A stretch of DNA of 52,475 nt from Nitrospirota bacterium (GTDB lineage: Bacteria > Nitrospirota > Nitrospiria > JBHHUU01). Positions 34,230 through 43,889 of the stretch are shown piece by piece (position 1 is the first letter of the stretch; every line of letters begins with the position of its first letter). The position numbers were made by a program, and so were the translations under genes. The stretch covers positions 1 through 52,475 of the forward strand of contig JBHHUU010000001.1 of the NCBI GenBank assembly GCA_046753905.1. Reading direction: 5' to 3'. Below the pieces are notes generated by a model. That model saw nothing but the letters and a program-made list of their open reading frames with translations. It had not been told where the DNA came from and did no database searches.

Positions 34230-36068
34230 TCATCTAACCCTTACCAATACTTCATCAGGGTTTACCTTATCTCCCTCTTTTACATATATATCTTTTATTT
34301 CACCGCTAACAGGTGTGTGTATCTCATTCTCCATTTTCATTGCCTCTATAATAAGAACCGTCTCTCCTGCCTTTACCCTGTCTCCTATACTGACTTTAAT
34401 GCTCACCACGCTCCCCGGCATGGCAGTTACCACATCACCTTCATGGGATACCTTTGGTCTTATAGAACGTCCTCCTATCTTTGTGTCTATCTTACCCACT
34501 TCACTTGGCACAACCTCTACTAATGATTCTACCATAACCTCTTCTAACTGGTCATCCACATAGAGGAAAAATGGCCTTCCACCCTCGCCAGGATGCCCCA
34601 TTCCACCTATCTTTACCTTATAGGTCTCACCATGCACCTTTATGTTAAATTCGCTAGGGGCAAGGAATGGAGCTGCATCTGTCTCTTTTTGAGAGTTATT
34701 GATATCAGAAAAACCTTCTTTTCTGATATCTCCCTTCTCTCTAAGATCAAAGAATTCAAGTGCTACTTTTGGAAATAGTGCATAGGTAAGGATATCCTCC
34801 TCTTTCTTTGCCTTATCTCCAAGTTCTCTGGTCAGTTTTTCCCACTCTGGTGCAATCTTATCTGCTGGTCTGCACTCAATAATCTCTTCATCCCCTATTG
34901 CATTTATCTTTACCTCTTCATTGATTGGAGAAGGTGGTTTTCCATAAAGTCCCTTCAGATAGTTCTTTGTCTCACTTGTAATCACCTTATATCTCTCTCC
35001 AGTCAATATATTGAGGGTGGCTTGTGTCCCGACTATCTGACTTGATGGGGTTACTAACGGAGGATATCCCAGATCTTTTCTTACAAGAGGAACCTCTTGT
35101 AGAACTTCGTCTATCCTATAAAGTGCATCCTGTTCTTTTAATTGTGATGCAAGATTAGAGGTCATCCCCCCCGGTATTTGATATATTAAGACATCAGGGT
35201 CTACCCCTGTATAATTACTCTCAAACTTCTTATATTTCTTTCTTGTCTCCTTAAAATATTTGGCTATCTCTGCAATCAGGATGATGTCAAATTCCGGGTC
35301 ATTTTTAGAACCCTTTAGGATATTCAGTATTACCTCAACAGGAGGCTGAGATGTCCCGCCTGCCATAGAAGAGACAGCAGTATCTATTATATCTATACCT
35401 GCCTCTATTGCCTTGAGATAGACTGATACTGACATTCCGCTCGTATCATGGCAGTGCAAGTGTATGGGTATACTGACAGACCTCTTTATCTTTGTTATGA
35501 GATCATAAGCCGCATAAGGAGATAGAAGTCCTGCCATATCCTTGATACATATAGTATCTGAACCCATATCCTCCAATCTCTTTGCCATATCAGTGAATAT
35601 ATCAGCATTGTGGACAGGACTTATCGTATAGCATATAGTCCCCTCTACCCTCCCATTATTTTTTACGGCTGTCTTTATAGCAGTTCTCAGGTTTCTGACA
35701 TCATTCAGGGCATCAAATATCCTTATTATATCAATCCCATTGGTTATTGCCTTTTCCACAAACTTTTCAACTAAATCATCTGCATAATGCCTGTAACCGA
35801 CCAGATTCTGTCCCCTGAGAAGCATTTGAAAAGGTGTCTTCGGCATTATCTCCTTGAGTAGCCTTATCCTTTCCCATGGGTCTTCCCTGAGATACCTGAT
35901 AGATGTATCAAATGTAGCTCCTCCCCACATCTCTACTGAAAAATAGCCCACCTTGTCAATCTTCTCTGCAATGCCAAGCATGTCATCTGTCCTGAGTCTG
36001 GTTGCTATCAGAGATTGATGGGCATCACGCAATGTGGTATCTGTTATCTTAATTTTTTTCTTTTTCAT
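34230..36068 (-). CDS. pycB: Pyruvate carboxylase subunit B / oxaloacetate decarboxylase alpha-type carboxyltransferase with biotinyl domain
   Basis: ITDTTLRDAHQSL, a HCHDTSG-like block and a C-terminal biotin attachment site (EAMKMENEI). Confidence 0.85.
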   Translation of the reverse strand: MKKKKIKITDTTLRDAHQSLIATRLRTDDMLGIAEKIDKVGYFSVEMWGGATFDTSIRYLREDPWERIRLLKEIMPKTPFQMLLRGQNLVGYRHYADDLVEKFVEKAITNGIDIIRIFDALNDVRNLRTAIKTAVKNNGRVEGTICYTISPVHNADIFTDMAKRLEDMGSDTICIKDMAGLLSPYAAYDLITKIKRSVSIPIHLHCHDTSGMSVSVYLKAIEAGIDIIDTAVSSMAGGTSQPPVEVILNILKGSKNDPEFDIILIAEIAKYFKETRKKYKKFESNYTGVDPDVLIYQIPGGMTSNLASQLKEQDALYRIDEVLQEVPLVRKDLGYPPLVTPSSQIVGTQATLNILTGERYKVITSETKNYLKGLYGKPPSPINEEVKINAIGDEEIIECRPADKIAPEWEKLTRELGDKAKKEEDILTYALFPKVALEFFDLREKGDIRKEGFSDINNSQKETDAAPFLAPSEFNIKVHGETYKVKIGGMGHPGEGGRPFFLYVDDQLEEVMVESLVEVVPSEVGKIDTKIGGRSIRPKVSHEGDVVTAMPGSVVSIKVSIGDRVKAGETVLIIEAMKMENEIHTPVSGEIKDIYVKEGDKVNPDEVLVRVR

Positions 36069-36094
36069 CTCTTGATATCTTCCCTCCAGCCTTA

Positions 36095-37552
36095 CTATTC
36101 AATATCCTGAACACGATATATCGCCGATGATAATGTTGATTGTGTGGCTATTGCCGCTGCTATGGCAATTACTATATCCACAGGGTCTTTCTCATCCTGA
36201 TAGATCAGTTTATCTATTCTATTATCAATATACCCTACATTAAAATTACCACTTCTAAACAGATTATCTTCCATTATCCTCTTGTAAAAGGGTATTGTTG
36301 TCTTGATCCCTCTTATTACATATTCATTGAGAGACCTGTACATCCTCTCTACTGTCTCCTCCCATGTCCTTCCCTTTACAGTGAGTTTAGCCAATAGTGA
36401 GTCATAATAAGGCGGAATCTCATATCCGGGATATATATTGCCATCTATCCTTACACCAAGACCACCAGGAGAATAATAGGCAGTAACCCTGCCTGGTGCA
36501 GGGGCAAATCCCTTTATCGGGTCTTCTGCATTTATTCTACATTCCATGGCATAGCCATTAATCCTGACATCATTCTGGGTAATATCAAGGGTCATGCCTG
36601 ATGCTATCTTTATCATCTCTCTCACTATGTCAATGCCTGTTACTTCTTCTGTAACAGTATGTTCAACCTGTATCCTTGTGTTCATTTCAAGAAAATAGTA
36701 GTTTCTGTCCTTATCTACAAGAAACTCTACTGTCCCTGCGCTATTATACCCGGATATTTTCGCAGCCTTTACAGCAGCCTTACCCATCTCTCTTCTTAAT
36801 TCATCTGTAAGCAGAAGAGAGGGAGATATCTCAATCAGTTTCTGATGCCTCCTCTGGATAGAACAATCTCTCTCACCCAAATGGATAACATTACCATAAT
36901 TATCACCCAGTATCTGAAATTCTATATGATGAGGAGAATCTATATATTTCTCCAGATATATATCATCGTTTCCAAATGCTGTTTTTGCCTCATGTTTTGC
37001 AATTGATAAATTATTTTTAAGCTCATCTTCATTATTACATATTCTTAAACCCCTGCCTCCACCTCCAGCAGATGCCTTCAGGATTACAGGGTATCCTATC
37101 TCTCTGGCGGCACTAATGGCCTCTGAGACAGAACCGAGTTTTTTCATGACGCCTTTGATCACAGGGATACCTGCCTTCTCCATCATCTGCCGTGCTAATA
37201 TCTTATTGCCCATATCTCTGATTACCTCAGAAGACGGTCCTATAAAGGTAATCCCATTTTCCAGACATGCCTTTGCAAATTCAGGGTTTTCAGATAGAAA
37301 TCCATATCCTGGATGTATTGCATCCACACCTTTTTGTCTGGCAAGGTCAATAATCCTGTAGATATTCAGATAACCTGCAATCGGACCAGGTCCAACCAGA
37401 CATGCCTCATCTGCCTTTTTTACATAAAGTGTTGTGGCATCTGCCTCAGAATGAATGGCTACTGTCTTGATCTTCAATTCATTGCATGCCCTGATAATTC
37501 TTAATGCAATCTCTCCTCTGTTTGCTATTAAAACTTTATTAAAGATCGGCAT
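36095..37552 (-). CDS. pycA: Biotin carboxylase (pyruvate carboxylase subunit A / AccC type)
   Basis: KVLIANRGEIALRIIRA, GGGGRG and EMNTRIQVEHTVTE. Confidence 0.9.
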   Translation of the reverse strand: MPIFNKVLIANRGEIALRIIRACNELKIKTVAIHSEADATTLYVKKADEACLVGPGPIAGYLNIYRIIDLARQKGVDAIHPGYGFLSENPEFAKACLENGITFIGPSSEVIRDMGNKILARQMMEKAGIPVIKGVMKKLGSVSEAISAAREIGYPVILKASAGGGGRGLRICNNEDELKNNLSIAKHEAKTAFGNDDIYLEKYIDSPHHIEFQILGDNYGNVIHLGERDCSIQRRHQKLIEISPSLLLTDELRREMGKAAVKAAKISGYNSAGTVEFLVDKDRNYYFLEMNTRIQVEHTVTEEVTGIDIVREMIKIASGMTLDITQNDVRINGYAMECRINAEDPIKGFAPAPGRVTAYYSPGGLGVRIDGNIYPGYEIPPYYDSLLAKLTVKGRTWEETVERMYRSLNEYVIRGIKTTIPFYKRIMEDNLFRSGNFNVGYIDNRIDKLIYQDEKDPVDIVIAIAAAIATQSTLSSAIYRVQDIE

Positions 37553-37576
37553 ATATTAAAGTCTCTTTTAAATTAA

Positions 37577-37606
37577 GGGTGCAGGATGAGATTTGATTCT
37601 GCACCC
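37577..37606 (-). terminator. Hairpin downstream of lpxA
   Basis: gggtgcag / ctgcaccc 8-bp stem with a 14-nt loop, followed on the minus strand by ttaatttaaaag. Confidence 0.35.
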
Positions 37607-37625
37607 TGCACTGACAACTGCACCC

Positions 37626-38429
37626 TTATCTACATATTCCCCGTTTTGAGTTCTCAACAAAGGTCAGCAGATTTTCTACTTCCTGACAATCTTTAAACTC
37701 ATCTCTTACTTTTTTTATGGCATTTTTCAGAGTATAGTTTGATCTGAACAGTATTTTATAAGACCTTTTCAGTCTGTCTATCTTCTCTCTGCCAAAACCA
37801 TGTCTCTTTAATCCGATCATATTAATGCCATAAAGCCTTGCCCTGTTTCCTACAGCACTCATATATGGAGGAACATCCTGAGCAACAGCAGAACAGCCTC
37901 CAATCATAGAATATATCCCTATATTAACAAATTGATGAATGCCTACTAATCCCCCTACAATAGCGTAATCTCCTATCTTTATATGACCGGCTAATGTAGC
38001 TGCATTTGCCATTATTATATTATTCCCTATCTCGCAATCGTGGGCTATATGGACATAAGCCATAAAGAGATTGTCATCTCCTATTCGGGTTACTTTCATT
38101 TCCTCTGCTGTGCCGCGATTTACAGTCACAAACTCTCTGAATGTATTTCTATCTCCTATTATTATCTTTGACTCTTCTCCTTTAAACTTTAAATCCTGAG
38201 GTATAGTCCCTATTATAGAAGAGTGAAAGATATTAGAGTTCTCTCCTATCTCTGTCCATCCTTCTATAACTACATGAGAACCTATCCGTACCCCCCTTTT
38301 TATCCTTACATGTTCCCCTATAGTTGAATAAGGTCCTATACTGACATCTGCGTCAATTTCAGCCTTTGTGTGAACTATTGCTGTATGATGAATATTATTC
38401 ATTTCTGCTATCTGAAATACATCCCTCAA
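37626..38429 (-). CDS. lpxA: Acyl-ACP--UDP-N-acetylglucosamine O-acyltransferase
   Basis: Left-handed beta-helix hexapeptide repeats plus a helical C-terminus. In the conserved position after fabZ. The true start may be ATG 38402 (MNNIHHTAIVH). Confidence 0.9.
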   Translation of the reverse strand: MRDVFQIAEMNNIHHTAIVHTKAEIDADVSIGPYSTIGEHVRIKRGVRIGSHVVIEGWTEIGENSNIFHSSIIGTIPQDLKFKGEESKIIIGDRNTFREFVTVNRGTAEEMKVTRIGDDNLFMAYVHIAHDCEIGNNIIMANAATLAGHIKIGDYAIVGGLVGIHQFVNIGIYSMIGGCSAVAQDVPPYMSAVGNRARLYGINMIGLKRHGFGREKIDRLKRSYKILFRSNYTLKNAIKKVRDEFKDCQEVENLLTFVENSKRGICR

Positions 38430-38439
38430 TAGACAATAT

Positions 38440-38892
38440 CTACTGTTTGCTTAACTTATCCCCAACCATTGCCTTTAACTCTGCCTCACATACCAATACC
38501 TCTTCTACTCTGGCATTGCCCTTCAATCTCCAGTATGGCGGTCTGCTCTGCATTACTTCTAATTCAAACCTTATCTGGTCTCCCGGGTATACTGGTTTTC
38601 TAAATTTAGCCTTATCTATCCCGCTGAAATACATATATTTGTTCTTGAAATCTGAATCAGAGGCAGTAGATTTCAAGGCAAGGATAGCCCCCACCTGTGC
38701 CATAGCCTCTATGATTAATACACCAGGCATTATTGGAAAATCAGGGAAATGTCCCTGAAAGAAGGGTTCATTAATCGTTACATTCTTAATCGCGGCAATA
38801 TGCCTGCCTGCCTCAAACTCTAATATTCTATCTATTAATAAAAAAGGATATTTATGTGGTAATATTCTATAAATTTCATTAATGCTAATCAT
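38440..38892 (-). CDS. fabZ: 3-hydroxyacyl-ACP dehydratase
   Basis: LPHKYPFLLIDRI...FFQGHFP...PGVLIIEAMAQ. Confidence 0.95.
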   Translation of the reverse strand: MISINEIYRILPHKYPFLLIDRILEFEAGRHIAAIKNVTINEPFFQGHFPDFPIMPGVLIIEAMAQVGAILALKSTASDSDFKNKYMYFSGIDKAKFRKPVYPGDQIRFELEVMQSRPPYWRLKGNARVEEVLVCEAELKAMVGDKLSKQ

Positions 38893-38913
38893 AAATCCTC
38901 CATTAGATTTATT

Positions 38914-39969
38914 TTACTCACTACAGGTTGTTTCTGATAATAACTCTTCTATCTTTTTTATCCTTTCTTCCAAAAAACAGATACTCTTTTTTATCTCTGG
39001 GAGATGAGAAAAGAGTATCTGTGCCTTTAACCACTTATTATGGGGGATCGTTGGAAATCCCGATACAATGCTCTTATTCTTGATATCTCTGGTTACCCCT
39101 GACTTTCCACCTACTATCACATCATCCCCTATATTTATATGCCCAGCCACACCAACCTGACCTGCTAATGTAGCGCGGTCACCTATCTCTACGCTCCCTG
39201 ATATCCCTACCTGAGAGACAATTACAGAATCCTCTCCTATTGAGACATTATGACCTATCTGGACAAGATTATCAATCTTTGTCCCTCTCTTTATAATGGT
39301 CTTACCCATTACAGCCCTGTCTATGGCTACATTTGCGCCTATTTCAACATCATCTTCTACTATCACACCACCTACCTGAAGGATCTTATGGTATCTCCCA
39401 TCATGCTTTGCGTATCCAAAGCCGTCACTCCCTATTACTGTGCCGCTATGAATTATCACTCTCTTCCCAATAACTACATCCTCTCTTATAGTAACATTAG
39501 GATAGATAATAGTATCACTTCCTATCTCTGTCCCCTCTCCTACATAACTCCCTTGATATATCACAACACGGTCTCCTATTATAGAAGAATCACTGACAGT
39601 TACAAATGGATAGATGGATAGATCATTCCCAAGAGCAACATCTTTCCCGATGTATGCCGTATCAGATACCCCAATGGGTCTATATTTCTTTTTATAAAAG
39701 AGGCTTATTATTCTACAGAATGCGTAATATGGGTCATTAGTTATCAATAACGAGACAGACGGAGTTGATATCTCTGACATATCCTCAGATATTATTATAG
39801 CCGATGCCTTTGTGTTTGCTAATTCTTTTGCATACTTACGATTAGATACAAAGGTAATATCTCCTTCCTTTGCCTCTCTTATTCCTGAGACACCTCTTAT
39901 CCTGACATCATCTCTGCCTGATACTCTCCCTCCTATTAATTTTGCAATCTCTCCTAACCTTATCTCCAT
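38914..39969 (-). CDS. lpxD: UDP-3-O-acylglucosamine N-acyltransferase
   Basis: N-terminal uridine-binding domain plus hexapeptide repeats. Part of the lpxD-fabZ-lpxA cluster. Confidence 0.9.
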   Translation of the reverse strand: MEIRLGEIAKLIGGRVSGRDDVRIRGVSGIREAKEGDITFVSNRKYAKELANTKASAIIISEDMSEISTPSVSLLITNDPYYAFCRIISLFYKKKYRPIGVSDTAYIGKDVALGNDLSIYPFVTVSDSSIIGDRVVIYQGSYVGEGTEIGSDTIIYPNVTIREDVVIGKRVIIHSGTVIGSDGFGYAKHDGRYHKILQVGGVIVEDDVEIGANVAIDRAVMGKTIIKRGTKIDNLVQIGHNVSIGEDSVIVSQVGISGSVEIGDRATLAGQVGVAGHINIGDDVIVGGKSGVTRDIKNKSIVSGFPTIPHNKWLKAQILFSHLPEIKKSICFLEERIKKIEELLSETTCSE

Positions 39970-39981
39970 GCCTTTTATCTT

Positions 39982-40512
39982 TTACTCTTCTATTTTATCA
40001 AATTCCTCTATTACCCTGTCTGTCAGGTCAAATGTCTTATCAGCATATACTACTACTCCGCCTTCGAGACTCTTATCTAATACAAAAGAATATCCCTCTT
40101 TTTCTGCTATCTTTTTTACAATATCCTCAAGTTTATTATTAAACTCTCTTATGACCTCCATTTTTTTCTCCTGCACCTCTTTATTTAATTCAGAGACCTT
40201 CTTTTGATATTTTAATAATTTCCTTTTCAGATCATCTTCTTTATCCTTTTTTACCTCTGGACTTAAAACCGATGCCTGCTTTGCTAACTTCTCTTCTGCT
40301 TCCTTTATCTCCTTCTCTTCTAAATCAATTATCTTCTGCCTGCTTTTAACATATTCTTCTAGTGAATCCGTTGTCTTTTTCCCTGTTTTGGAATGATCCA
40401 ATATCTTTTGGGCATCTATATATCCTATCTTGTATCTGTCTGCCCCTTTTGCTATTGATGCGAAAGATAATAACAAGATAAGTGATATTGTTATATTTAC
40501 CATTTTTTTCAT
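39982..40512 (-). CDS. skp: OmpH/Skp periplasmic chaperone
   Basis: Signal peptide, KIGYIDAQKIL start, and a long coiled Lys/Glu-rich arm. In the conserved position upstream of lpxD. Confidence 0.85.
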   Translation of the reverse strand: MKKMVNITISLILLLSFASIAKGADRYKIGYIDAQKILDHSKTGKKTTDSLEEYVKSRQKIIDLEEKEIKEAEEKLAKQASVLSPEVKKDKEDDLKRKLLKYQKKVSELNKEVQEKKMEVIREFNNKLEDIVKKIAEKEGYSFVLDKSLEGGVVVYADKTFDLTDRVIEEFDKIEE

Positions 40513-40668
40513 CTTTTTTTTCCTCTCCTTTTTATTTAAGTTATAACATCATGTAAATTATTTTTATCTTGAGTCCGGGAGATATTATACTCACTTTAAC
40601 CCATTAAGCCAAGACTTTTTTAAGCTATTGGATTTTTGTCCTTTTGATGGTATTATAACTTCCAAATA

Positions 40669-41400
40669 TTGTTATTAATGAAAACAGTAATATTATTAGC
40701 AAACATGCCTGTAAAGAAGATACTTATAGTAGAAGATGATAAACATATATCCAAACTCGTTAAATACAATCTGGAGAAGTCAGGATTTAACTGCATTGTG
40801 ACGATTAGTGGTGAAGAGGCATTTGATGTATTAAATAACCAGCCTGTTGATTTAATAATATTAGATATAATGCTTCCTGAAATTGATGGCTTTGAGGTAT
40901 GTAGAGAGATAAAGCAGGACAAAAGGCTATCTGCTATCCCAATAATAATGTTAACTGCTAAAGGTGAAGAGATAGACAGGATTGTCGGTCTTGAATTAGG
41001 AGCAGATGATTATGTAGTGAAACCTTTTAGCCCGCGGGAATTAGTTTTGAGGGTAAAGGCGATCCTGAAACGCGGAAAGTTCAAGGAGATTAATAAGGAT
41101 ATACTGACCATAGAGAGGTTGACAGTAGATATTTCAAGGCACAAAGTAAATGTTGATAAGAAAGAAATAGAGTTGACCCCAATGGAATTTAAGCTGTTAA
41201 TTACACTTATGCAGAGAAATGGGAGGGTTCAGTCAAGAGATAAATTATTGGCAGATGTCTGGGATGTGGCAAATGATGTTACTACTCGGACAATAGATAC
41301 TCATATCAAGCGTCTGAGACAAAAATTGGGAGTAGCAGGAAAATTGATTGAGACCGTAAGAGGACTTGGATATAGATTCAGTGAAAGAGAAAGAGAATGA
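40669..41400 (+). CDS. phoB: OmpR/PhoB-family response regulator
   Basis: Receiver domain (KILIVEDD...DLIILDIMLPEIDG) plus a winged-helix domain (TRTIDTHIKRLRQKL...VRGLGYRF). The start is uncertain (TTG 40669, ATG 40678 or ATG 40705). The phoB name comes from context only. Confidence 0.8.
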   Translation: MLLMKTVILLANMPVKKILIVEDDKHISKLVKYNLEKSGFNCIVTISGEEAFDVLNNQPVDLIILDIMLPEIDGFEVCREIKQDKRLSAIPIIMLTAKGEEIDRIVGLELGADDYVVKPFSPRELVLRVKAILKRGKFKEINKDILTIERLTVDISRHKVNVDKKEIELTPMEFKLLITLMQRNGRVQSRDKLLADVWDVANDVTTRTIDTHIKRLRQKLGVAGKLIETVRGLGYRFSERERE

Positions 41401-42485
41401 GACTAAATGGTATGTCTGAAAAGGTCAGAAGAGGAATAGAAGAGACTGCATCTAAGAGTACATCTATGTTTGAGGCAGTTCTGTTAAGTATGTCTGAGGG
41501 TGTAATGGTTATTGATATAGATGGCAGGATATTATTAATGAATCAGACACTTAAAGACATCTTGTATATCAAAGATGATCCTGTAGGTAAAAGGACATTT
41601 GAGGTAATACATAATATTGATATTCAAAAGATTGCTAATAATGTATTAAGGTCAAAGCAGAGAGTTGAATCTATAGAGATATCATTCTTCATCAGGGAAG
41701 AGAAGATTTTATTTGTGCACGCCACATCAATAATTATCCAGGATGATAAGACTGAGGGTGCAGTTTTGGTCTTTCATGACATAACTGAATTAAGACGACT
41801 TGAGAAGATTCGTCAGGATTTTGTGGCAAATGTCTCTCATGAACTGAGAACGCCTGTATCAAGCATTAAAGGTTATGCTGAGACTCTCTTAGATGGGGCA
41901 TTAGAAGATAAAGAAAATGCAGAAGATTTTTTAAAGATAATCCATTCCAGTTCTGACCGATTAGCAAAATTGGTGGATGACCTTCTGGATTTATCCAAGA
42001 TAGAATCAGGTGCGCTTAAGATGATTTTAAGACCATCTGTTATTGAACCTATAATTCAAAGAGTCGTGTATGGAATGAAAAATCAGGCGAAAGATAAGTC
42101 AAATATAATAAGGACAGATATTCCTGAAGATATATCTGCCATTATTGCTGATGATGACAGAATTGCTCAGGTCTTATTAAATCTCATAGATAATGCCATA
42201 AAATATACCCCTACGAATGGTTTAATCACCATATCAGTTAAAGAAGAGAAGAGATTTGTGCGGGTGGATGTCGCTGATAATGGCGTGGGTATTCCAGAAA
42301 AAGACCTCTCAAGACTTTTTGAGCGGTTCTATCGTGTGGATAAAGCCCGCTCCCGTGAATTGGGCGGAACAGGTCTTGGTCTCTCTATTGTTAAACATAT
42401 TGTCTCTGCCCATCATGGAGAGATATCTGTCCAGAGCGTATTAGGAGAGGGTTCAATATTTAGTTTTATTATACCCATGGCATAG
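41397..42485 (+). CDS. phoR: PAS-domain sensor histidine kinase, PhoR-like, apparently cytoplasmic
   Basis: PAS domain (SMSEGVMVIDIDGRILLMN), H-box (FVANVSHELRTP), N box and G boxes (DNGVGIP, GGTGLGLSIV). No N-terminal TM helices. Confidence 0.8.
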   Translation: MRLNGMSEKVRRGIEETASKSTSMFEAVLLSMSEGVMVIDIDGRILLMNQTLKDILYIKDDPVGKRTFEVIHNIDIQKIANNVLRSKQRVESIEISFFIREEKILFVHATSIIIQDDKTEGAVLVFHDITELRRLEKIRQDFVANVSHELRTPVSSIKGYAETLLDGALEDKENAEDFLKIIHSSSDRLAKLVDDLLDLSKIESGALKMILRPSVIEPIIQRVVYGMKNQAKDKSNIIRTDIPEDISAIIADDDRIAQVLLNLIDNAIKYTPTNGLITISVKEEKRFVRVDVADNGVGIPEKDLSRLFERFYRVDKARSRELGGTGLGLSIVKHIVSAHHGEISVQSVLGEGSIFSFIIPMA

Positions 42486-42517
42486 GATATCCTGTCTCCT
42501 TAATCGTTTTGCTGCAT

Positions 42518-42564
42518 TTCACAAAAAATTCACTTTTTCGTAATCTTTTCTCCATATTTATAAT
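42518..42564 (+). promoter_or_regulatory. Candidate Pho-box-like direct repeats plus a -10 hexamer upstream of the porin/pstS genes
   Basis: TTCACA (42518) and TTCACT (42529) are in 11-bp phase, followed by gtaatc (42540) and tccata (42551). TATAAT lies at 42559-42564. Confidence 0.35.
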
Positions 42565-42721
42565 ATATACTTCGGGTTGAAAAGACAAAACAGAAAAGGA
42601 GGTGAAGAGATTGAGAACAAAAGATGAATTTCGCTGAATGGCGATCTGCTGGAGAGCAGCAAGCTGAGGTTTAAGTAATCTGATTTAAATAACTATAAAT
42701 AACAAAAGGAGGTTTATAAAG

Positions 42722-43873
42722 ATGTCTACGTCTACTCAACAAAGGATAGCAAGCAAATTATTAATAGTGTTTTTAGCAGTGGTGAGTGTTATAACCATTG
42801 CCATCCAGCAAGCCGATTCAGCAGGCATAACAGTTTATAAGGAGGGTGATAAATATGTAAAATTAGGCGGTCGTATTCAGTTTCAGTATCACTACAAAGA
42901 TCCTGACTCTGGTGGTGCCAGTGACAGCGTTTTCTTTCGCCGCTTACGTCCTTACATAAAGGGCAGCCTTCACAAGGACTGGACAGGCAAATTCCAATGG
43001 GATATGGGTAAAAACGAAGTTGCAGTAAAGGACGCCTACATCCAATACACAGGATTCAAAGATATGAAGGTTAGTGTGGGGAATGCCAACTTCCCTTTTT
43101 CTCGTGAATATCTGACCTCGTCCAAAAAACAGCAGTTGGTGGAGCGGACATTTGTAGGCGACCACAACTACGGAACACTGGCCAGAAATGCGGGAGTTCA
43201 TATAACAGGACATTTTGCAGACAAAAAAGTTACCTATGGTATATCAGGGGCATCTGCGTCCATAGACCCGGACGCTGAAAAGCTCGACTTTGACACTCCA
43301 GTTAATAGAAACAGCGACTTTAATGAGGGTTGGATAATAGGCGGCAGAGCAGATTTCCATCCCTTTGGAGAGATCAAGATGTCTCAGGGAGACTTTAATG
43401 GCAAAACCAGGGCTGCCATTGGGGTTGCAGCCTTCAGATGGAATAACGATGGTGACAATAACACCAGTGGAACAAAACCTGATGTTGACTCAGTTACAGG
43501 TCTTGAAGTCAGCAGTGCCATCCGTTCCAATGGGTTGTCAGTAGATGGCGAGTATAATATGTTTGATGCAGATACCGTGGACAGCGCTGTTACAAAAGGT
43601 ATCTACAGGAATGGAAATACCAAACTCAAGAACTTTGCCCTTGAAGGAGGATACATGCTGATTGGAGACAAACTGGAGATAGTTGCCGGCTATCAGGTAC
43701 AGGATGCAGACAACTACGACACAAAATGGAACCGTACATCTTTTGGCGCCAACTGGTTCTTTAAGAAGCATGATATCAAAACACAGCTTACCTACCAATT
43801 AGGGAAAAACCTGAAAGGTGTACGGGACAGTGATGAAAATGAACTTTTTGTCCAGATGCAGTATGTATTTTAA
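42722..43873 (+). CDS. Phosphate-selective porin O/P family outer-membrane protein
   Basis: Signal peptide, YVKLGGRIQFQYHY start, beta-barrel pattern, and a C-terminal ...QMQYVF. Sits in Pho-regulon context. Confidence 0.75.
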   Translation: MSTSTQQRIASKLLIVFLAVVSVITIAIQQADSAGITVYKEGDKYVKLGGRIQFQYHYKDPDSGGASDSVFFRRLRPYIKGSLHKDWTGKFQWDMGKNEVAVKDAYIQYTGFKDMKVSVGNANFPFSREYLTSSKKQQLVERTFVGDHNYGTLARNAGVHITGHFADKKVTYGISGASASIDPDAEKLDFDTPVNRNSDFNEGWIIGGRADFHPFGEIKMSQGDFNGKTRAAIGVAAFRWNNDGDNNTSGTKPDVDSVTGLEVSSAIRSNGLSVDGEYNMFDADTVDSAVTKGIYRNGNTKLKNFALEGGYMLIGDKLEIVAGYQVQDADNYDTKWNRTSFGANWFFKKHDIKTQLTYQLGKNLKGVRDSDENELFVQMQYVF

Positions 43874-43889
43874 AAAGAGGGAGATAACT

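Noticed and set aside
34183-34563. 126-aa and 98-aa plus-strand ORFs antisense to the carboxyltransferase gene
   Set aside because: They lie fully inside a well-supported minus-strand gene, have low-complexity Ser/Thr/Ile-rich translations and have no start context. The same reasoning applies to the antisense ORFs at 20315-20746, 23071-23568, 14710-15108, 22546-22902, 39812-40207, 3407-3763 and the other short ORFs in the track.
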